Source of the DNA: Batkoa obscura
Lineage: Eukaryota
NCBI GenBank assembly: GCA_030770535.1
Contig: JASVEC010000019.1
Coordinates: forward strand, 744,001 to 808,000
DNA: 64,000 nt
Direction: 5' to 3'
Shown one piece after another: positions 46,644-61,154 of this stretch. The notes below the pieces were generated by a model. The model did no database searches, was not told the DNA's origin, and saw only the letters and a program-made list of their open reading frames with translations. Each line of letters begins with the position of its first letter. The stretch's first letter is position 1. The position numbers and the translations under genes were made by a program.

Positions 46644-49020
46644 TCAGACATAAAGAGAATCAAGCTCCTTTTCGTATTTTTTATAAACATTGCTTCTCTT
46701 TAATTTAAAACTAGGAACCTATTAGTATCACTATTATACTATATTATGATTATTATAGTTTACCTATCTGTTAATTCCCCACCTTCTATAGTAAACGGGG
46801 TCGTTATAAGCATAATATTGTTTGGTATCTCATAGCTATAAATAATGAGATCAGAATACTTTTATAATTAATTCATTATTATCCTATTACTTATTTAAAC
46901 CTAGCTTCAGCCCATGTTCTCTAATTGAATTTAAAAATGCTTGTTTAATTTGATATTCGTCTTGATTTTTAAATTTTAGTTCAAACTTTTCAATATCTGG
47001 TTTAATCAATACAACCACATTCCTTCTTTCCTTTTTACCATAAATAACACTCTGTTCAATCAACTCATGTTGATTTAAAATATTTTCTATTCTTTCTGGG
47101 CTTATAAATTCGCCTAATAACAGTATATATTTTACTTTCATAAGTTAAAACTATAAATATAACGCTTACCATTAGCCAATTTAAAAATACTGGACTTCCT
47201 GTCAATAATAAACAATCTATTTTCGTCATCAAAATAGCCGATATCTCCTGTATAAAACCAATTTTCATTATCAAAGGCCTCTTTAGTTGCGACTGCGTTT
47301 TTGTAATATTCTTTAAATACGTTTGGCCCTTTAACTAGAATCTCCCCTCTTGGGTATGGCTTATCTTTAACATAATAATTCATTGAAGGTACATCGATTA
47401 GTTTTACTTGAATTCTATAAAATTAGCTTAAGTTAACTACTATATATTTACAAATTACTGCAACCCTGGGAACCCTACATGCCCTGAATTTTTATCCTCT
47501 AAATCTGTGACAGAAATCAAGCTCGAAGTTTCGGTTGAACCATAACCTGACAGATGTTATTTCTTTTCTATTGAATATACTAGTGGAATTACCTTGTTTT
47601 ATATTAACTGCTAAACAAACCTTCAACACATCTAAAGCTCTTTTATCTATTGGAGCTGAGCCAACGCCTAGAATTTTTACATTGCCCCCTATAGCATCTT
47701 TAATTTTGGTCAGAAACAAGTTATCATAAACCGAAGTAACACCAAGCCCATTATAGTAGTTTGCCAGTTTGTATTGAACAAACTTGTTAAATAGCTGTGC
47801 GGAGTAAGTGTTTTGATTCAAATTGAATTGTACTTGGTCATAAATTTTAGTCAGTATGGCTGGCACACAGTTTAAGATACTGGGTTTTAATTGTCTTATA
47901 TCAGTTAAAAAGTTTTTGATGTTGCCTGAGTAGAAGCCAATCGCTACTTTATAGTGCATCATTGTGATAAATGTGGAACGCTCAAAACAATGCGCTAAGG
48001 GCAGATATGAGAAATATACCTAATGAGATAGTAGGAAGTCCAAATTCAAAATATATATGATAGTCATTCACCTACTTTCGATTTCAACTTTAATTTTGAA
48101 AATTCTCTATAACTGGTAATCAAGTTACATGTATAGTTGTGGTGCGTATTCACTACTCCTTTTGGGTTACCCGTAGAACCACTAGTATAGCAAATTGTAT
48201 AGACACTATCTTCTTTACTTGGGTTGAGTGGTAATTTTTTTATTTTGCCTTATTTATTTATACTATATTGTTAAAAAATATACTATACTATACTTACCTA
48301 GCTCTTCCACTTCCTTAAAATCCATCAACATAATACCACTTCCATAGGTCTGTTCCATCCATAATTTCAAATTTGGGTCTGTAAAATCCATATTAATCAA
48401 CAACTTAACACCAAACAGCTCAACCTTTAAGCTCAATAATTTGACCAAATTCACTTGATTTGTAATCAAAACTTCCACCTCAGAATGCCGAAATATATAC
48501 TCTAACTGCTCTTTACTATAAGTATTATAAACTCCGACACAGGTCAAATTTTGAAATGTGAAACTTAAATCCGAGATAGTCCATTCGATCCGATTATTAC
48601 TGTAGACACCAATACTCTTTATTGCTTTATTGATATATAGCTGATGGTTATTAATCATATTCATAAGACCAGAGCTGAAGTTCAAAACTCTTTGGTAAAT
48701 CTGCTGATACGTTTGGAAACTGTAATTTAAATACTCGTCCCCATCCTTGGTCCTTTCTCCCAAAAAGGAGGCGTTTGGGGCCTCTTTTAAAGCTGGAATT
48801 CAAGGAATATAATTTACATTATTTAAATTTAGACAACAAAAGTAAAGCCTTACCTTTTATAAACACATCATAGACAGTGGTTGGAAAGTGGGGCAACTCC
48901 TTCATGCTTTCTTCATCCTTTCGATAATAAATCTCTAACAAAAGGATATAAGTCATCACAGTTATCAGCTATCCCCAACAAAATCTTACTACTACTCTGT
49001 ATTTCACTTTGATCTGTCAT
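46644..49020 (-). CDS. Long-chain fatty acyl-CoA synthetase, multi-exon
   Basis: ICYTSGSTGNPKGV, YFSYLPLAHCFER, GYGSTETS, PRGEILVKGPNVFKEYY, WFYTGDIG, IIDRK, GEFISPERIEN. Confidence 0.92.
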
Positions 49021-50120
49021 TTCTTTTTTATTCTTTTTTATTTCTCGCTTTATATATATCTTTCCATTATTTTTTACCCCACATTTTTGGTTTTAGATTA
49101 CTCCTTTTTATACACTCATTAGTTTCATAGTTACTAAAAATAAAGTAGATGGTAGTGATAGCATTTAAGAAAATATACAATATTTTATTCAAAGAATTCG
49201 ATTGTCAATGACTAAATCAAATATTTAATTGTTTAAACATTTTTTATACAAGAGTGTTGTAATAACTATGGTATATTAGAAAAGCTTAAAAATTGCTTTA
49301 AATTTAATCAAAAATAATATATTAAAATAATATATTAAAATAATATATTAAAATAACACTACTAATTATTTAAATTAGACCTTATGATATCAAAATTTTT
49401 ATAACTTTTTAAAAGCAAAATATACGTAGGTAAGTAGTAATTATTTTTTAGGTCTTAAAAGAATAGAATTCACAAGTATGAAAAGGCTACTCTCAAATCT
49501 AGATGGGCTATATTATTTAGATTTATATTCTGCTTTGTAGATAGCAACCCAGATTTGGAAGAGTATTATACTATCAGTTGAAAGAGCCAGGATGTTATCG
49601 GAAAAAAGCTTCTATTATAAAAGAATAGTACGAAACTCTTTAACCATTAAAATTTTTTTAGGTGGTATAAATGAATCACACACCCTAGGGCCAATTGAGG
49701 ATAAGTTGGGTTCTCAGTGGTTTTGTTTATATTTTATTTAGAACGAATAATTGTTCTCAAAAAAGCTAGCATAGAGAAAGTTTTTTAAATGGGGTCAGAA
49801 AGCCTTAAAGCTTTTCACCATCTTTATCTCTTTCCCCGATTATTTTTTAATACACACTAATAAAATTTACTTGAATGTACTATTTGTTTTTCAAAAATAG
49901 GCTAACATTAAAGATATTTTTTGCATTAATTATAGGTGTTAACTTGGCAATAATTCCTTTAACTTCGAAACTTAGAGATAGAAAAAACAACTAAAAATAT
50001 GTATGTGATGCTCATTCCTTTAAATTTGATAAAATATAATATAGATACTTAATAATATATCATTTTTATTTAAGAGTCATGTATAAATAATTCGGGTAAT
50101 ACCAATATCTCTATCGAAAT

Positions 50121-50666
50121 TTAGCGAATATAAGGAAGTATAAAAGAACATAATAAATTCGAGAGATTGATATAATAATGGTTTGTAAATGTTAGCTTTA
50201 TATGATTAGATAACGCAATTATCTGATCAAGTAAATCTTTTATACGAGTTAGATAGATAGGTAGAAGATGGTATAGGTTCAAAGTTGGTAAATGACATAA
50301 GGTTAATGAGCATACAATTAAAAGAGGTAGTTTATAAAATGGGACCGTTGAATTTTGTTTCAGAAATTCAAGGTCGTGTTTACATAGTGAGGAAGTAATA
50401 TCATTATTGTTTATAAAATAATAATGATTAATCAAATGTATATCTGTATCTATAGTCTCATATTCAAAACATTCGATAATATTAATGTTGTTTAGATGTG
50501 GACTCACTTCACTTAATATTTTATATAAAGAACTGAACATGGGATATAGCTCAATCCTATCATTAAAAGTACTTGAATTTGAAGCACAGTTACATATTGA
50601 ATCGGCTCCTTTAATAAACATAATGGATTTAATATAAAAGAAAAAACATTTTGTATTTATCTGCAC
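50121..50666 (-). CDS. Hypothetical protein, ~170-180 aa
   Basis: Open frame in AT-rich DNA only; no motif recognised. Confidence 0.35.
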   Translation of the reverse strand: MQINTKCFFFYIKSIMFIKGADSICNCASNSSTFNDRIELYPMFSSLYKILSEVSPHLNNINIIECFEYETIDTDIHLINHYYFINNNDITSSLCKHDLEFLKQNSTVPFYKLPLLIVCSLTLCHLPTLNLYHLLPIYLTRIKDLLDQIIALSNHIKLTFTNHYYINLSNLLCSFILPYIR

Positions 50667-51391
50667 TATTTATGTTCAGTGTTTTACTTTTTATAATATA
50701 AATAATTAAAAAGAAACCTAAAATTACGGTTTTTAAAAATCGGATTTTTCTAATTAGAATTAATATTCCCTAAACAAAGAATAATGTAATAGCATCAAAT
50801 ATGATAACTACAACATATAACAATATATTAAGAGGTTTAAAAGAACTTTTTACTTTAAAAGCAATTAGACAAATTGCAGTTTAAATGACTAAAACTTCTT
50901 TTATTAAAAAATTATAGCTCATATTTAAAAGATACTTATCTTTGGAAATAACATTTAAGCGAATATCTATAAAATTTAATCCTTTTAATAAATATGGTTT
51001 AAAATTTTATCAATAAGATAAGCATGCCGGAAACCCAATATAGAACGTGCTTTGAGTTTAATTCTGAAATCTTTTTAATTTGTTCTATATTGCTATTGAA
51101 AAATGATGTAGTCCAAATAAGTGTGAAATGAACCATCTGGTAAAAATATATTTCTTTTTATAGAATCCTCTAATATATGAGCCTGCTTACTAACCTTAAT
51201 TTCTTTTTTCATATATATCAAGGTTAACTAAATATTGAGCCTTGTAATTTATCATAAAAAAGATGTTTTGGATCAACATGGTCTAAGTCGATTTTTCTAT
51301 TAACTGTTTTCGATTTCAACTACTATCTTACTTTTATTTTGTGAAAGCAAACACTTTACTGCTTTCCTTTAACAGGTATATTTATAGACAT

Positions 51392-51486
51392 AGGGATGTA
51401 TTTCTTTAAGAATTTTAATAACAATCTTTTCACTCAAATAGCACTTAAAAAATGAAAAAAAGTGATGAAGTTAAAAAATCACCCCC
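51392..51486 (+). mobile_element. MITE copy, TSD ACAT
   Basis: 95-bp family match, ACAT on both sides. Confidence 0.87.
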
Positions 51487-52020
51487 ACATCCTAGCTTCT
51501 AAGAAGTATTTTTACCATTCTTTAAATTACAACTGTTGTGTTAATGGTCATTTATAAATCACATTTTTATCACCATATAAGCTACTGGAAGTTCCAATAT
51601 TAGTATTATATTAAGAAAACTTAGCTAAAAATCCGAATTTTTGTCTTCATAAAATCTTTATTAATAAAACAATTCATAACTTAGAGCAAAAATTAATATG
51701 AATACTAAGAATGAACGAAACCATATATATTTAGATATACCTGTAAACTTAATTATACATATTCGCTTGTTGACTTTATTTTAGTTTTTATCCATCAAAG
51801 TTAATTTTATAATAGAGTAACATGAACTATGGAGGTTAAAGCGATAAATAGGTTTTAAATATATATGATCATTTAAAAATCATTAAAATTCTGCAATTAT
51901 TATTTCTAGCTTATATTATAATTTAACTTGAATTGAGTAATAAACATTGTAAACCCTTTTTTGTTCTACCTTTATCTTAAGAATGCATCTGAATATTATA
52001 AAAAGTTATAACGAACATAT

Positions 52021-52119
52021 GGGGATGTTTTTTTTGGCTTGATTACTTTTTCCACCTTCCAAGCGCTATTTAAGTGGAAAAATCGTTAGTAAAATTGTTA
52101 GACACAAAAATACATCCCC
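52021..52119 (-). mobile_element. MITE copy, TSD ATAT
   Basis: GGGGATGT...ACATCCCC, 99 bp. Confidence 0.93.
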
Positions 52120-52669
52120 ATATATTTATAATTTAAAAAATAAAGTTGAAAAATAATTATTCTGTTCATGAAAGACTTACACTTATTTCTCAAATGGAAC
52201 ACATCAAATAGATGGAATTATCAACAAACATAAATATATAATATATTAAGCTGTAGCTTACGTTTTTGACTAATTACAATGTTAGAATGTGACAGTACAA
52301 AATAATGGTAAAAAAAATAAGCACAAAAGCTCTATTTTGATTCTAATAAACTTAAATAGATCAACAATTAATTTAGTAATAGAAGCGTTCTAATACGTTT
52401 GCCTATACTTTTTTCATTCTATTTTTATATACATGATTTATAGATAACTCATATGAGCATATTTTGTTTTTTAATAATATTTCGATTTCAAAGGTTTCCC
52501 TATACTTTTTTATTTAAATCAGATTTCAAATTTATATCAATACAAAATAAAATTTCATAACAGTTATTATTTTAGCAAAGACTAAAATCCATGTAATCCT
52601 AAAATTTTACTAGGGTTAATATAGTAATAATTAACTTTTTCTAATTAAAACTAATATATATTTTTATTT

Positions 52670-52768
52670 GAGAATGTATTTTTGGGTTTAAGAATTTCAC
52701 TGACAATTTTTCCACTCAAATAGCGCTTAAAAGATGGAAAAAGTGATGAAGTCAGAAAAAACATCCTA
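52670..52768 (+). mobile_element. MITE copy, TSD ATTT
   Basis: 99-bp family match with eroded TIRs. Confidence 0.88.
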
Positions 52769-53280
52769 ATTTACTAGTTTTAAATTTTAAAAATCAAAAT
52801 CTAAAATAGAGTAAATCAAGATTTTGGGTAAAGAAAATAGAAATATGGCGTAAATAACATAACTGTTAAAATGGTGATCGATTTTTTTTATAAAAATAGC
52901 TAAATTATTTATCAAAACCCAATTCTAAATAAAAAACTGAATTTTTATTACAATTAAAAGTTTGAAGATGGTAGCTTAATCAGTAAGCAGTCCAGGCCAA
53001 ATAAAAGAATAAGAAAAGGGGGCAGAATTAGAACAGAAAACAAAACATACTAGTCAATTATTAATATCCGGCTCAACCCAAAACTTTAGTAACAGTGTGT
53101 TTGGTATCAATTTATAAAAATATTAACAAAATATGCTCTATTCATAAATGGCCTATCTATCAATATTTTAATCCATTAGTACTAATCAAGGAACATAAAA
53201 GGTTGGGCATAAAATAAAATGAAGCAAGTATACAAAGCTGCTATATTAATTTTGTTTTAAAAGCAATAGATTAAAAAGCA

Positions 53281-55228
53281 CTACAGCGGTAAGTATTTGG
53301 GATATTCATAAGGTTGTGTAATACTAACTGCAGGTCCAGATGAAAGTTGATTATCAATTGAGTAGTCTTTGATACTGCGGCTAAGGTAATGACTGGGTGA
53401 AGAAGATGACGGTGTAGTCATACTTATTAACTGTGGGTTAGGACGACGAACTAACCTTGACAGTAAAAGGTCAATAGTACAAAAGTTGTTATCATTCACT
53501 GAAAATTCACGATGTACGCGTGATTGTATATGCTATAAATAGATTAATGATTGTTTAGATAAGATTTTAGATGAATTTACCTCTTCAATATCATTGAACT
53601 TGGTTTTGCAATTTTCGCAATATCCTGGTTTCTTAATATTGTTAGGGGCAGGGGCTGCAGAAGCTTTTAACCTTATTGGATGAGGAATTGGTGGTAGAGT
53701 CTTTGGTATAATAGCAGTCTAAATATTAATTATCAAGAATTAAAATATGGAAAAGGAATTACTTTTTCATATTGCAAATGCGAGTTGGGCAATGCAGATA
53801 ATCTTTTACTTTCATGAGTAGAAGGATCATTATTATCAACGTTACAAAACCTTTTAGAAATTACAATAGGATCCATAATACTATCTAAAAGATCATTATT
53901 CCCTATATTTATTGGTGGTAAGACAAGACTCCTTGTTGAATTTGATAGCCTTGAATGAGTGAGCTTGCTAAGTGCGGCTTCAGCTCTTCTTTTTTCAGTA
54001 CCGTTTATATTCTTTTTTTTTGATTGGCATTTTATAAATGGGCATCGTGTTGATGGAACAATATAAAGCTTTGGCCAAGGTATTTCATTGGCATCTTTAC
54101 TAGGTGAATATTCAGCAGCTACTGCGGGTCTATAATGACCAGTTGCATCTTCAACTAAAACAAAAGGATGTTTAAAGAAATGAAAATCTGATTTCTTTAA
54201 TGTTGGTTTTTCATAACTCATAATTTTTATGCTTGGAATATGAATAGTGTTATTATCATAACATCTAGTAAGTCCAAAGTGGTGTTGTGAAGGCGTTGGG
54301 GGTGGCAACATTATAGCTAAGAAAATAATTAGAAACATTTCATTTGTTGGTATATAAACCATTTACGTTCTAAAGGGCGTAATTGGCGCCAGCTGTTGTC
54401 ATTATAATTATGAGTTTTATCATCAAATATTGGCTTGTAACTAATTCCAGATGGTTCTGCAGGGTCAAGCTAAAATCAATCTTAAAAGGATTTCTACCAT
54501 AAAAAAATAAATTTACCTCTTTAATTGGTGGTATATGAAAATCAAGATGCCCAGAATTAGGCAGCCTGTGATTATAAGTACTATATAATGGAGACACAAA
54601 ACGAGAAGGAGCGTTTGAGGTTGTAGTCCTTTGATACACACTGTCATTTCTGATCTTATTAATATGGGGATTCAACGAAGTTCTTTCTGAGTTAGGAAGA
54701 AATACTATATGGGTAACCAATTCATTACATGTTGCTTCCACTTTCTAAATAAATAATTAGTATTTAAAGTTGTTAATAAGTATATGTAATTACCCCACCA
54801 AGTTTTTCTAAATCAAAAGCAACTTCTCTTGATGTAGCACCATCCAACTGGTTTAAATAGAAATGAAAAGAAGCTAAATAATCCCTATGAGATTTCAACC
54901 AAGTGCTGAAATTGAAAACAGCCTGCGATTGTTGAATAGCGGATACTTGTAAGAGGTTAAACACTTTTGATCTGCTACTAAACTCACTATTTTTAGGGCT
55001 GTTGTACATATTGTTTGCAGGACTCAACAATTGAATACGTGGTAATAGTAATTGTGGCATTTGATTATTTGAATTATTATAATATGGCTTGAAGTTTTTT
55101 ATTGGAGGTAATACAACAGAATCTTCAACTTCATTGTTATTGTTATACCTTAGTCTATCAATCTCATTGTTGTTACGATCGATATTATTATTGTATCTAG
55201 TATTGTTATGAAAATATTGTTGATCCAT
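53281..55228 (-). CDS. DBF4: Dbf4/Dfp1-like regulatory subunit of Cdc7 kinase, multi-exon
   Basis: Motif N (FHFYL..LEKLGG..VTHIV), motif M (FFKHPFVLVEDATGHYRP), motif C zinc finger (KPGYCENCKTKFNDIEEHIQSRVHREF). Confidence 0.85.
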
Positions 55229-56887
55229 ATTATGGATTGGGAAAGGGTAACTATAAGCTTAATTAAAGCTCAAATATAACTACCACCCAATCACTAAAAC
55301 TTTAATAAAAGAATTATTGCAAAATTGGAATTGTACTTACCCTGCTTAAGTTCCCTAATAAATAACCACCAATCATTCGTCCTCAGCCTCATTCACTAAA
55401 ACCCGTTCATTCAATCACTTTATAAAGATTTTTTAATTTGACCTCTGGTTAGTCACATTTCCGTATGTTCCTGTACAAAAACTGAGCTAGAGTTAGAATG
55501 ATATAGCGAGTAGGCCAATCAAAAGACTTGAAAGCTACAAAGAAAACGTTATAAATGGTTTAAGGAGAAAATACAGATTTAATTGATGTGATTCACAATA
55601 TTTAATCTTTTTTACTCGAAGAATACGGAATGCGCTTAAAATTCCCAAACAAATTTGCACTAAAACCATTTAACTGGTGCATTTTGAGGGATATTTTCTA
55701 TAAATAAACTTTCTAACTAGATCAGGTTATAATTTTAAATGATTCAAGTTGAAACGGATTATTAATTTATTACCACTGCCCCAAAGTTATAAACCATCAA
55801 CTATGATCATTAAGTACATTTAAGCCAATTGCTATTCTAGTCGTATGCACTTAAGCCAATAAAATAAAATAGAACGCTATTTATCCCTTATATTAAAATT
55901 TTATTTTTGAGGATCATTTATGGAAATATACATATAGAAAATATCGAGTTATAGTATCTTTTAACAACTATAAATATCTAGTGTTTTTATTATTTAAACT
56001 GATAAATTAAATTTGTTAACTTTTTAATTAAAAATAGTATAATTTAAATTTAAAATATGATATTAAGTACTATAGTATCAAAGTTTTTTATTTAAATCTA
56101 GTATAAAATCTAAGTTTGGATTCTTATAAATTTATTAGACTAACAAATATAAATAAACACACTATAATCAAGTAATTCAAAAACAAGGGTATCATTTAAA
56201 GGCTTTAAAGGTGAAAACAAGATTTTTTACATATTTGAAATACACACAATATTTTCAAATTAAAGCGCTATCTTGAAAATTCTATAATTGTTACACAAAA
56301 TACTCTCACTATAAAAAAGTGTTTTTTAAAAAGTGTTTTATTAATAGTTTTAATTGAACTATTTTATCTGTCATTCAAAGTAGTAGCTTTTAGTATTTGT
56401 TGTATATATCAAATAATAAAGATGTTAACTATAAAATGAAATTATTTTTGCTTACTTTAATTTTTACAACTATTATTAAACAAGGCTATAAAAAAATTCA
56501 AAATTTGAATACACATTTTATCATTTATTATGAGATAGTTTAATAAATAAACACTTTGATTGATAAATTAGATGATTTCTATTTTTTATAAAATAATTTA
56601 CCATTTTTATTTAAAGTTTATATTAAATAAAAGTTATATTTAAAAATAGCAATAGAAAATATTTTAAATCTCAGTAAGAAAAGGGAACATTTTCTCAATT
56701 AAAGTTACGGGATAAGCAACTTTTGAAATTCAGTATTTCAAATTCCTTAACTAAATCCCATAGCTTTAAATAAGCCCATTTGCAATGAACTAAATTTATC
56801 AAGGATATATTTAACATTGCAACTTTGTTAGTAAATAAAAATTTACTGTATACATTAGTTGGCCAATATCATAAGGCTAATTTAAAT

Positions 56888-59800
56888 ATGTCTCGTTATA
56901 ATCTTCGTCCAGAAGCCGCTTACAAAAGAGCTGAAGGTTTAAATTTATTGTTTTTATTGACTTATTTTAACATCTTATTATAGAACTCCTTGCAGTTGGA
57001 GATGAAACATCAGCTTTACAAATCCTTCAAGAAGCTTTAGTTCGTATCAATCGTAATGTTACCACTGCTACTCTTGAGCCAGTTGTTGTCAAATTTATTG
57101 AGCTTTGTGTCAATCAAAACAAATCCAAGTTTGCAAAAGATGGATTAATGAGCTACAAAAACTTTGCTCAAAATTTTGACCCATTAAGTATAGAAGTAAT
57201 ATCTATTTATATACACTTACTTGCATTTACCTTTAACAATTTTAGAAAGTATGTAAGAAATACATTAATCTCGTAGAAGAAAAACTTGTTGAAGCTCAAG
57301 CCAAAGCTGATAAAATTGGTGAAGAGGGTGTGGAAGATTTAGAAGCATTAGAAACTCCAGAATCTATTTTATTACGAGCAATAAGCTTAGAAGATTCTAA
57401 AGAGTTAAGTGAAAGAAATATCGTAACTCCTTATCTTAAACTTCTTTGGGAGACATACCGCAATATTTTAGACGTCCTTAAGAATAACAATCGTTTAGAA
57501 GGGATTTATCAAGTAATTCTCATATCATTTTTCAAAAAAAATCAATTAATTGTTTTCAAAGGAAGTAACTAACAAAACATTCCAATTCTGTATTGAACAC
57601 AACCGTAAAAACGAGTTCCGTCGTTTAAGCGAAGTTCTTCGTCATCATTTAACTAACTTTGCAAAATACGCACATCAATCCCATTCTGTTAATTTAGCAG
57701 ATCCTGAATCTCTTCAACGTCAAATCTCTATCCGTTTTGGACAACTTAATACTGCTACTGAATTAGAACTTTGGCATGAAGCTTTCCGTTCAGTTGAGGA
57801 TATTCATAGCCTTTTATCTAACTCTAAAAATGCACCAAAAACTGGAATGATGATAAACTATTACAATAAGGTAACTAAGATCCTTTTTGTAAGTAAAAAT
57901 TATCTTTTCCATGCTGCTGCTCAAAATCGCTATTATTCCACCTTAAAAGCATCTGGAACAAAGGTTTCTACTGAACAAAGACAAGATATTTCTTCTCAAG
58001 CTCTTTTATCTGCACTTTCAGTTCCAGTAATTACTACTGCCAAAATTCGTTCAGGTCTTTTAGATGTTGATGATAGCAAATCTAAAACTTCACGTTTAAC
58101 AAACCTTTTGAATCTATCACAAGCTCCAACCCGCTCTGGAATCCTCAAAGAGCTCCTCGCTGATAATATTCTTGAGCGTGTTCGTTCCGAAATCAAAGCT
58201 TTATATAAGTTCCTCGAAGCAGAGTTCCACCCATTGTCAATTTGTAAAAAAGTCGCTCCAATTTTAAAATCTTTGGAATCAAGACCTGAAGAAGCTAAAT
58301 ACATCCCTGCCTTACGCGAAGTTATCCTTACTCGTTTATTACAACAACTTTCTCAAGTTTACACTTCTATTAAGGTTGATTCTGTTGTCAAACTTGCTTC
58401 TTTATCCTCTTCTTATTCTTATGATGCCACTGCAATTGAAAAAATTATCATGAATGGGTGCAAACGTGGGGAGCTTTCAATCAAAATAGATCATGCTACA
58501 AAGGCTATAACCTTTGAGTCTGACATGTATAGTAGCTCTAACACCAAAGTTGATGAAGGAACCCTTCTTCAAAAGACTCCATCTGAGTTGATGCGCACTC
58601 AACTTACTTCACTTGCTAAACGTTTACACTGTGCTGTTAACATGATTGATCCATCAGTACAAGCAGAAAAGAAAGAAGCTAGATTAAATGCAATTTCAAA
58701 CGCATTAAAATCATCTGAAGAAGAGCACAAGAGAATCATCAATCGTCGTGCTATCATTGAACGTCGCAAAGAAATTGCTGAAACTCTTCAAATCCGTAAA
58801 GAAAAGGAAGAAGCACGTGAGAAAGCACTTCGTTTACAAAAAGAACAAGAAGCCGAACGTCTCCGTTTACTTGAAGAATCCAAGCTTAGAGAAGAAGAGC
58901 GTAAACGTAAGGAAATCGAAAGCATTCAACTTGAAGAAGCTAAGAAATTAGCAGAATCCATTAAAGAGAAGATGAAGATTGAAGTTGAATTAAAGGATCT
59001 CAATACTGACAAGTTAATGCAAATCCAAGTTGAACATCTTGAAAAAGAAAAGAATGAAATCCAAAGCAAACTTAAATCTGTTGGTCGTCATCTCGATCAT
59101 TATGAGCGTGCTTTGCGTAAAGAAGAAATCCCCCTCCTTGAAGAAGATTACCAACGTCAACTTAAATCTGATAAAGCTTACCATAAAGCTTCACAAAAAG
59201 CCATTATTGAACTTAGCCGTGCCAAATATGATGAAGATATGGCAATCAAAGGACGTTTATCTCGTATTTTAACTTCTTATAACAGCTTCAAAGAGCGTAT
59301 CACTAATAAGAGGCAAGAAGCTCATAGCATCAAATTAGCTGAATTACAAGCCAAATTAAAAGAAGCTAAAGATGCTCGTATTAAAGAGTATAACGATCTA
59401 AGAGAGGCTAAACGTGTCGAACTTGAAGAAGAACGCAAGAAAATGGAAGAAGCTAGAGCATTAGAGCTTAAGAGGGAGCAAGAAGAAAAAGAGCGTCTTG
59501 AAAAAGAAAAAATCAGGAAAGCTGAAGAGGAAGCTTCTAAGGCCGCTAAAGAAGCTGAAGAAAAGGAAAGACGTCGTAAATTAGATGAAATCGCTAGAAA
59601 ACAAAGGGAGAGAGAAGAAGCCGCTGATGAGAAGATTAGAGCTGCACGTGAAGCTGTTAGAAACAGTACAGCTCCTTCAACCAGTTCAAGATCTTATATC
59701 CCACCAGGACGTAAAGCTGCCATGGAAGGCCAGAATAAGGATGAATCAACTCCTGTTCGTCAACATAGCAATGAAAATGTATGGCGTAGACAAGAGAGTG

Positions 59801-60036
59801 GTGGTCGTCCAGCTGGAGGGGACCCATGGCGTCGTCAAACCTCAGAGGGTAGACCCGGCTTTGGAGCCAAAAAACCAGAACCTACTCAATCTGCCGCTAA
59901 TCCACCAGCCGTTGGACAAGCCAAAGCAGGCGGATGGCGTGCTCGTGAAGCCGAGAGACAGGCTAAGGAAAACAAAGATAAGGAAAGCAAGGGTGATGAT
60001 GGATTTACCACCATTCGTTCTGCTAAACGTTCCTGA
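56888..60036 (+). CDS. TIF32: Translation initiation factor 3 subunit A, multi-exon
   Basis: MSRYNLRPEAAYKRAE, VTPYLKLLWETYRNILDVLKNN, ELELWHEAFRSVEDIH, PCI domain, DHYERALRKEEIPLL. Confidence 0.96.
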
Positions 60037-61154
60037 GCGATTGAACTTTTTCACATTTTAATGTATAGTTCATTAGACCTCAAATCATCTTTTGTCTTAA
60101 TAGACCAGTAATTAAAAAGTGCTTTTAATTCTTAATTTTTTAATTTTCAATTTATAAATATGAATATACAAATTATTGAATATGGGTCGTTATATGATAG
60201 TCGATATTAATCATAAAAAAGAATAATTACTAATTACAAACCTTTCAAAGTTTGATTACTTATACTCTGTTTGATGCTATAGATTGCAATAATTTTATAA
60301 ACTAATAAGCAAATTAAGTTTTAAAATTAGGCATTTGATTTTATATAAAAGTATTTCTAAAGTAGTTTAACTTTTTGAGCCAATCCATTTAGTGAGGGCA
60401 TAAGGCAGCTATGGTTTAACTTTCTTATAGGAAAACTACCTTGGTTTTAGACATAAATAGTATTTGCTGTTACAGTCAATGTCTTTAAATTAATTTTAAC
60501 CCAAAAAATTAGATTATTTGAAACTACCTTATAAAAACAACATACAAGGGACCTACGTAAATAGTCAAGGTTTTATACTATTCTAAGATTTAAATAGCTA
60601 GTGCTAGGCACATTTCAATAGTAATAAATTGAGTAGTCTTTAATGGAGTAAAAAGCATAATAAGAGTAATCAATAAGTAAGCTTTATTTAATAATTTAAA
60701 TACAATATTTGGACACTATCATCGGTGATAACGTATTTGTTAAAACAGATTTCGATAAATTATTTATAGATTGTGGGGTCACCCTTATTTTTATCACTTG
60801 GTAAATCTATACTTATTTATACTTAACTCCGTTTTGTGGCAATGTTTAATAAATGAGCATTATTATAACATTAAACCATATTTCTTATATCTGAATAATA
60901 AAAGACAGATAATAAATTGGTGTTACTATATAACTTTTATTCCATTTTTTAAGAATCAGAATAGAATTTGTCCGCCACTAATCATCACATTTAATTGGCA
61001 CAGTCGCTTTTTTCCGTGTTATGAATTTTATTGGAATTCTTTTAACAAAGATAAGAACAATGTATTGTTAAACAAAATTTATTCAATCCCCCTTTCATCC
61101 TTAATTTATACTATAAAATAATAATTAAACAAACCCAATTTATTAAAAATTGAA

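Noticed and set aside
55686..55890. Possible second MITE (GAGGGATA...TATCCCTT)
   Set aside because: Inverted match is short, there is no clear TSD and no second copy in the window.
57996..60061. Small overlapping or antisense ORFs within eIF3a (and similar ones at 703, 2748, 4664, 10887, 17891, 28047, 29100)
   Set aside because: Shadow frames of real coding sequence with no independent motifs.
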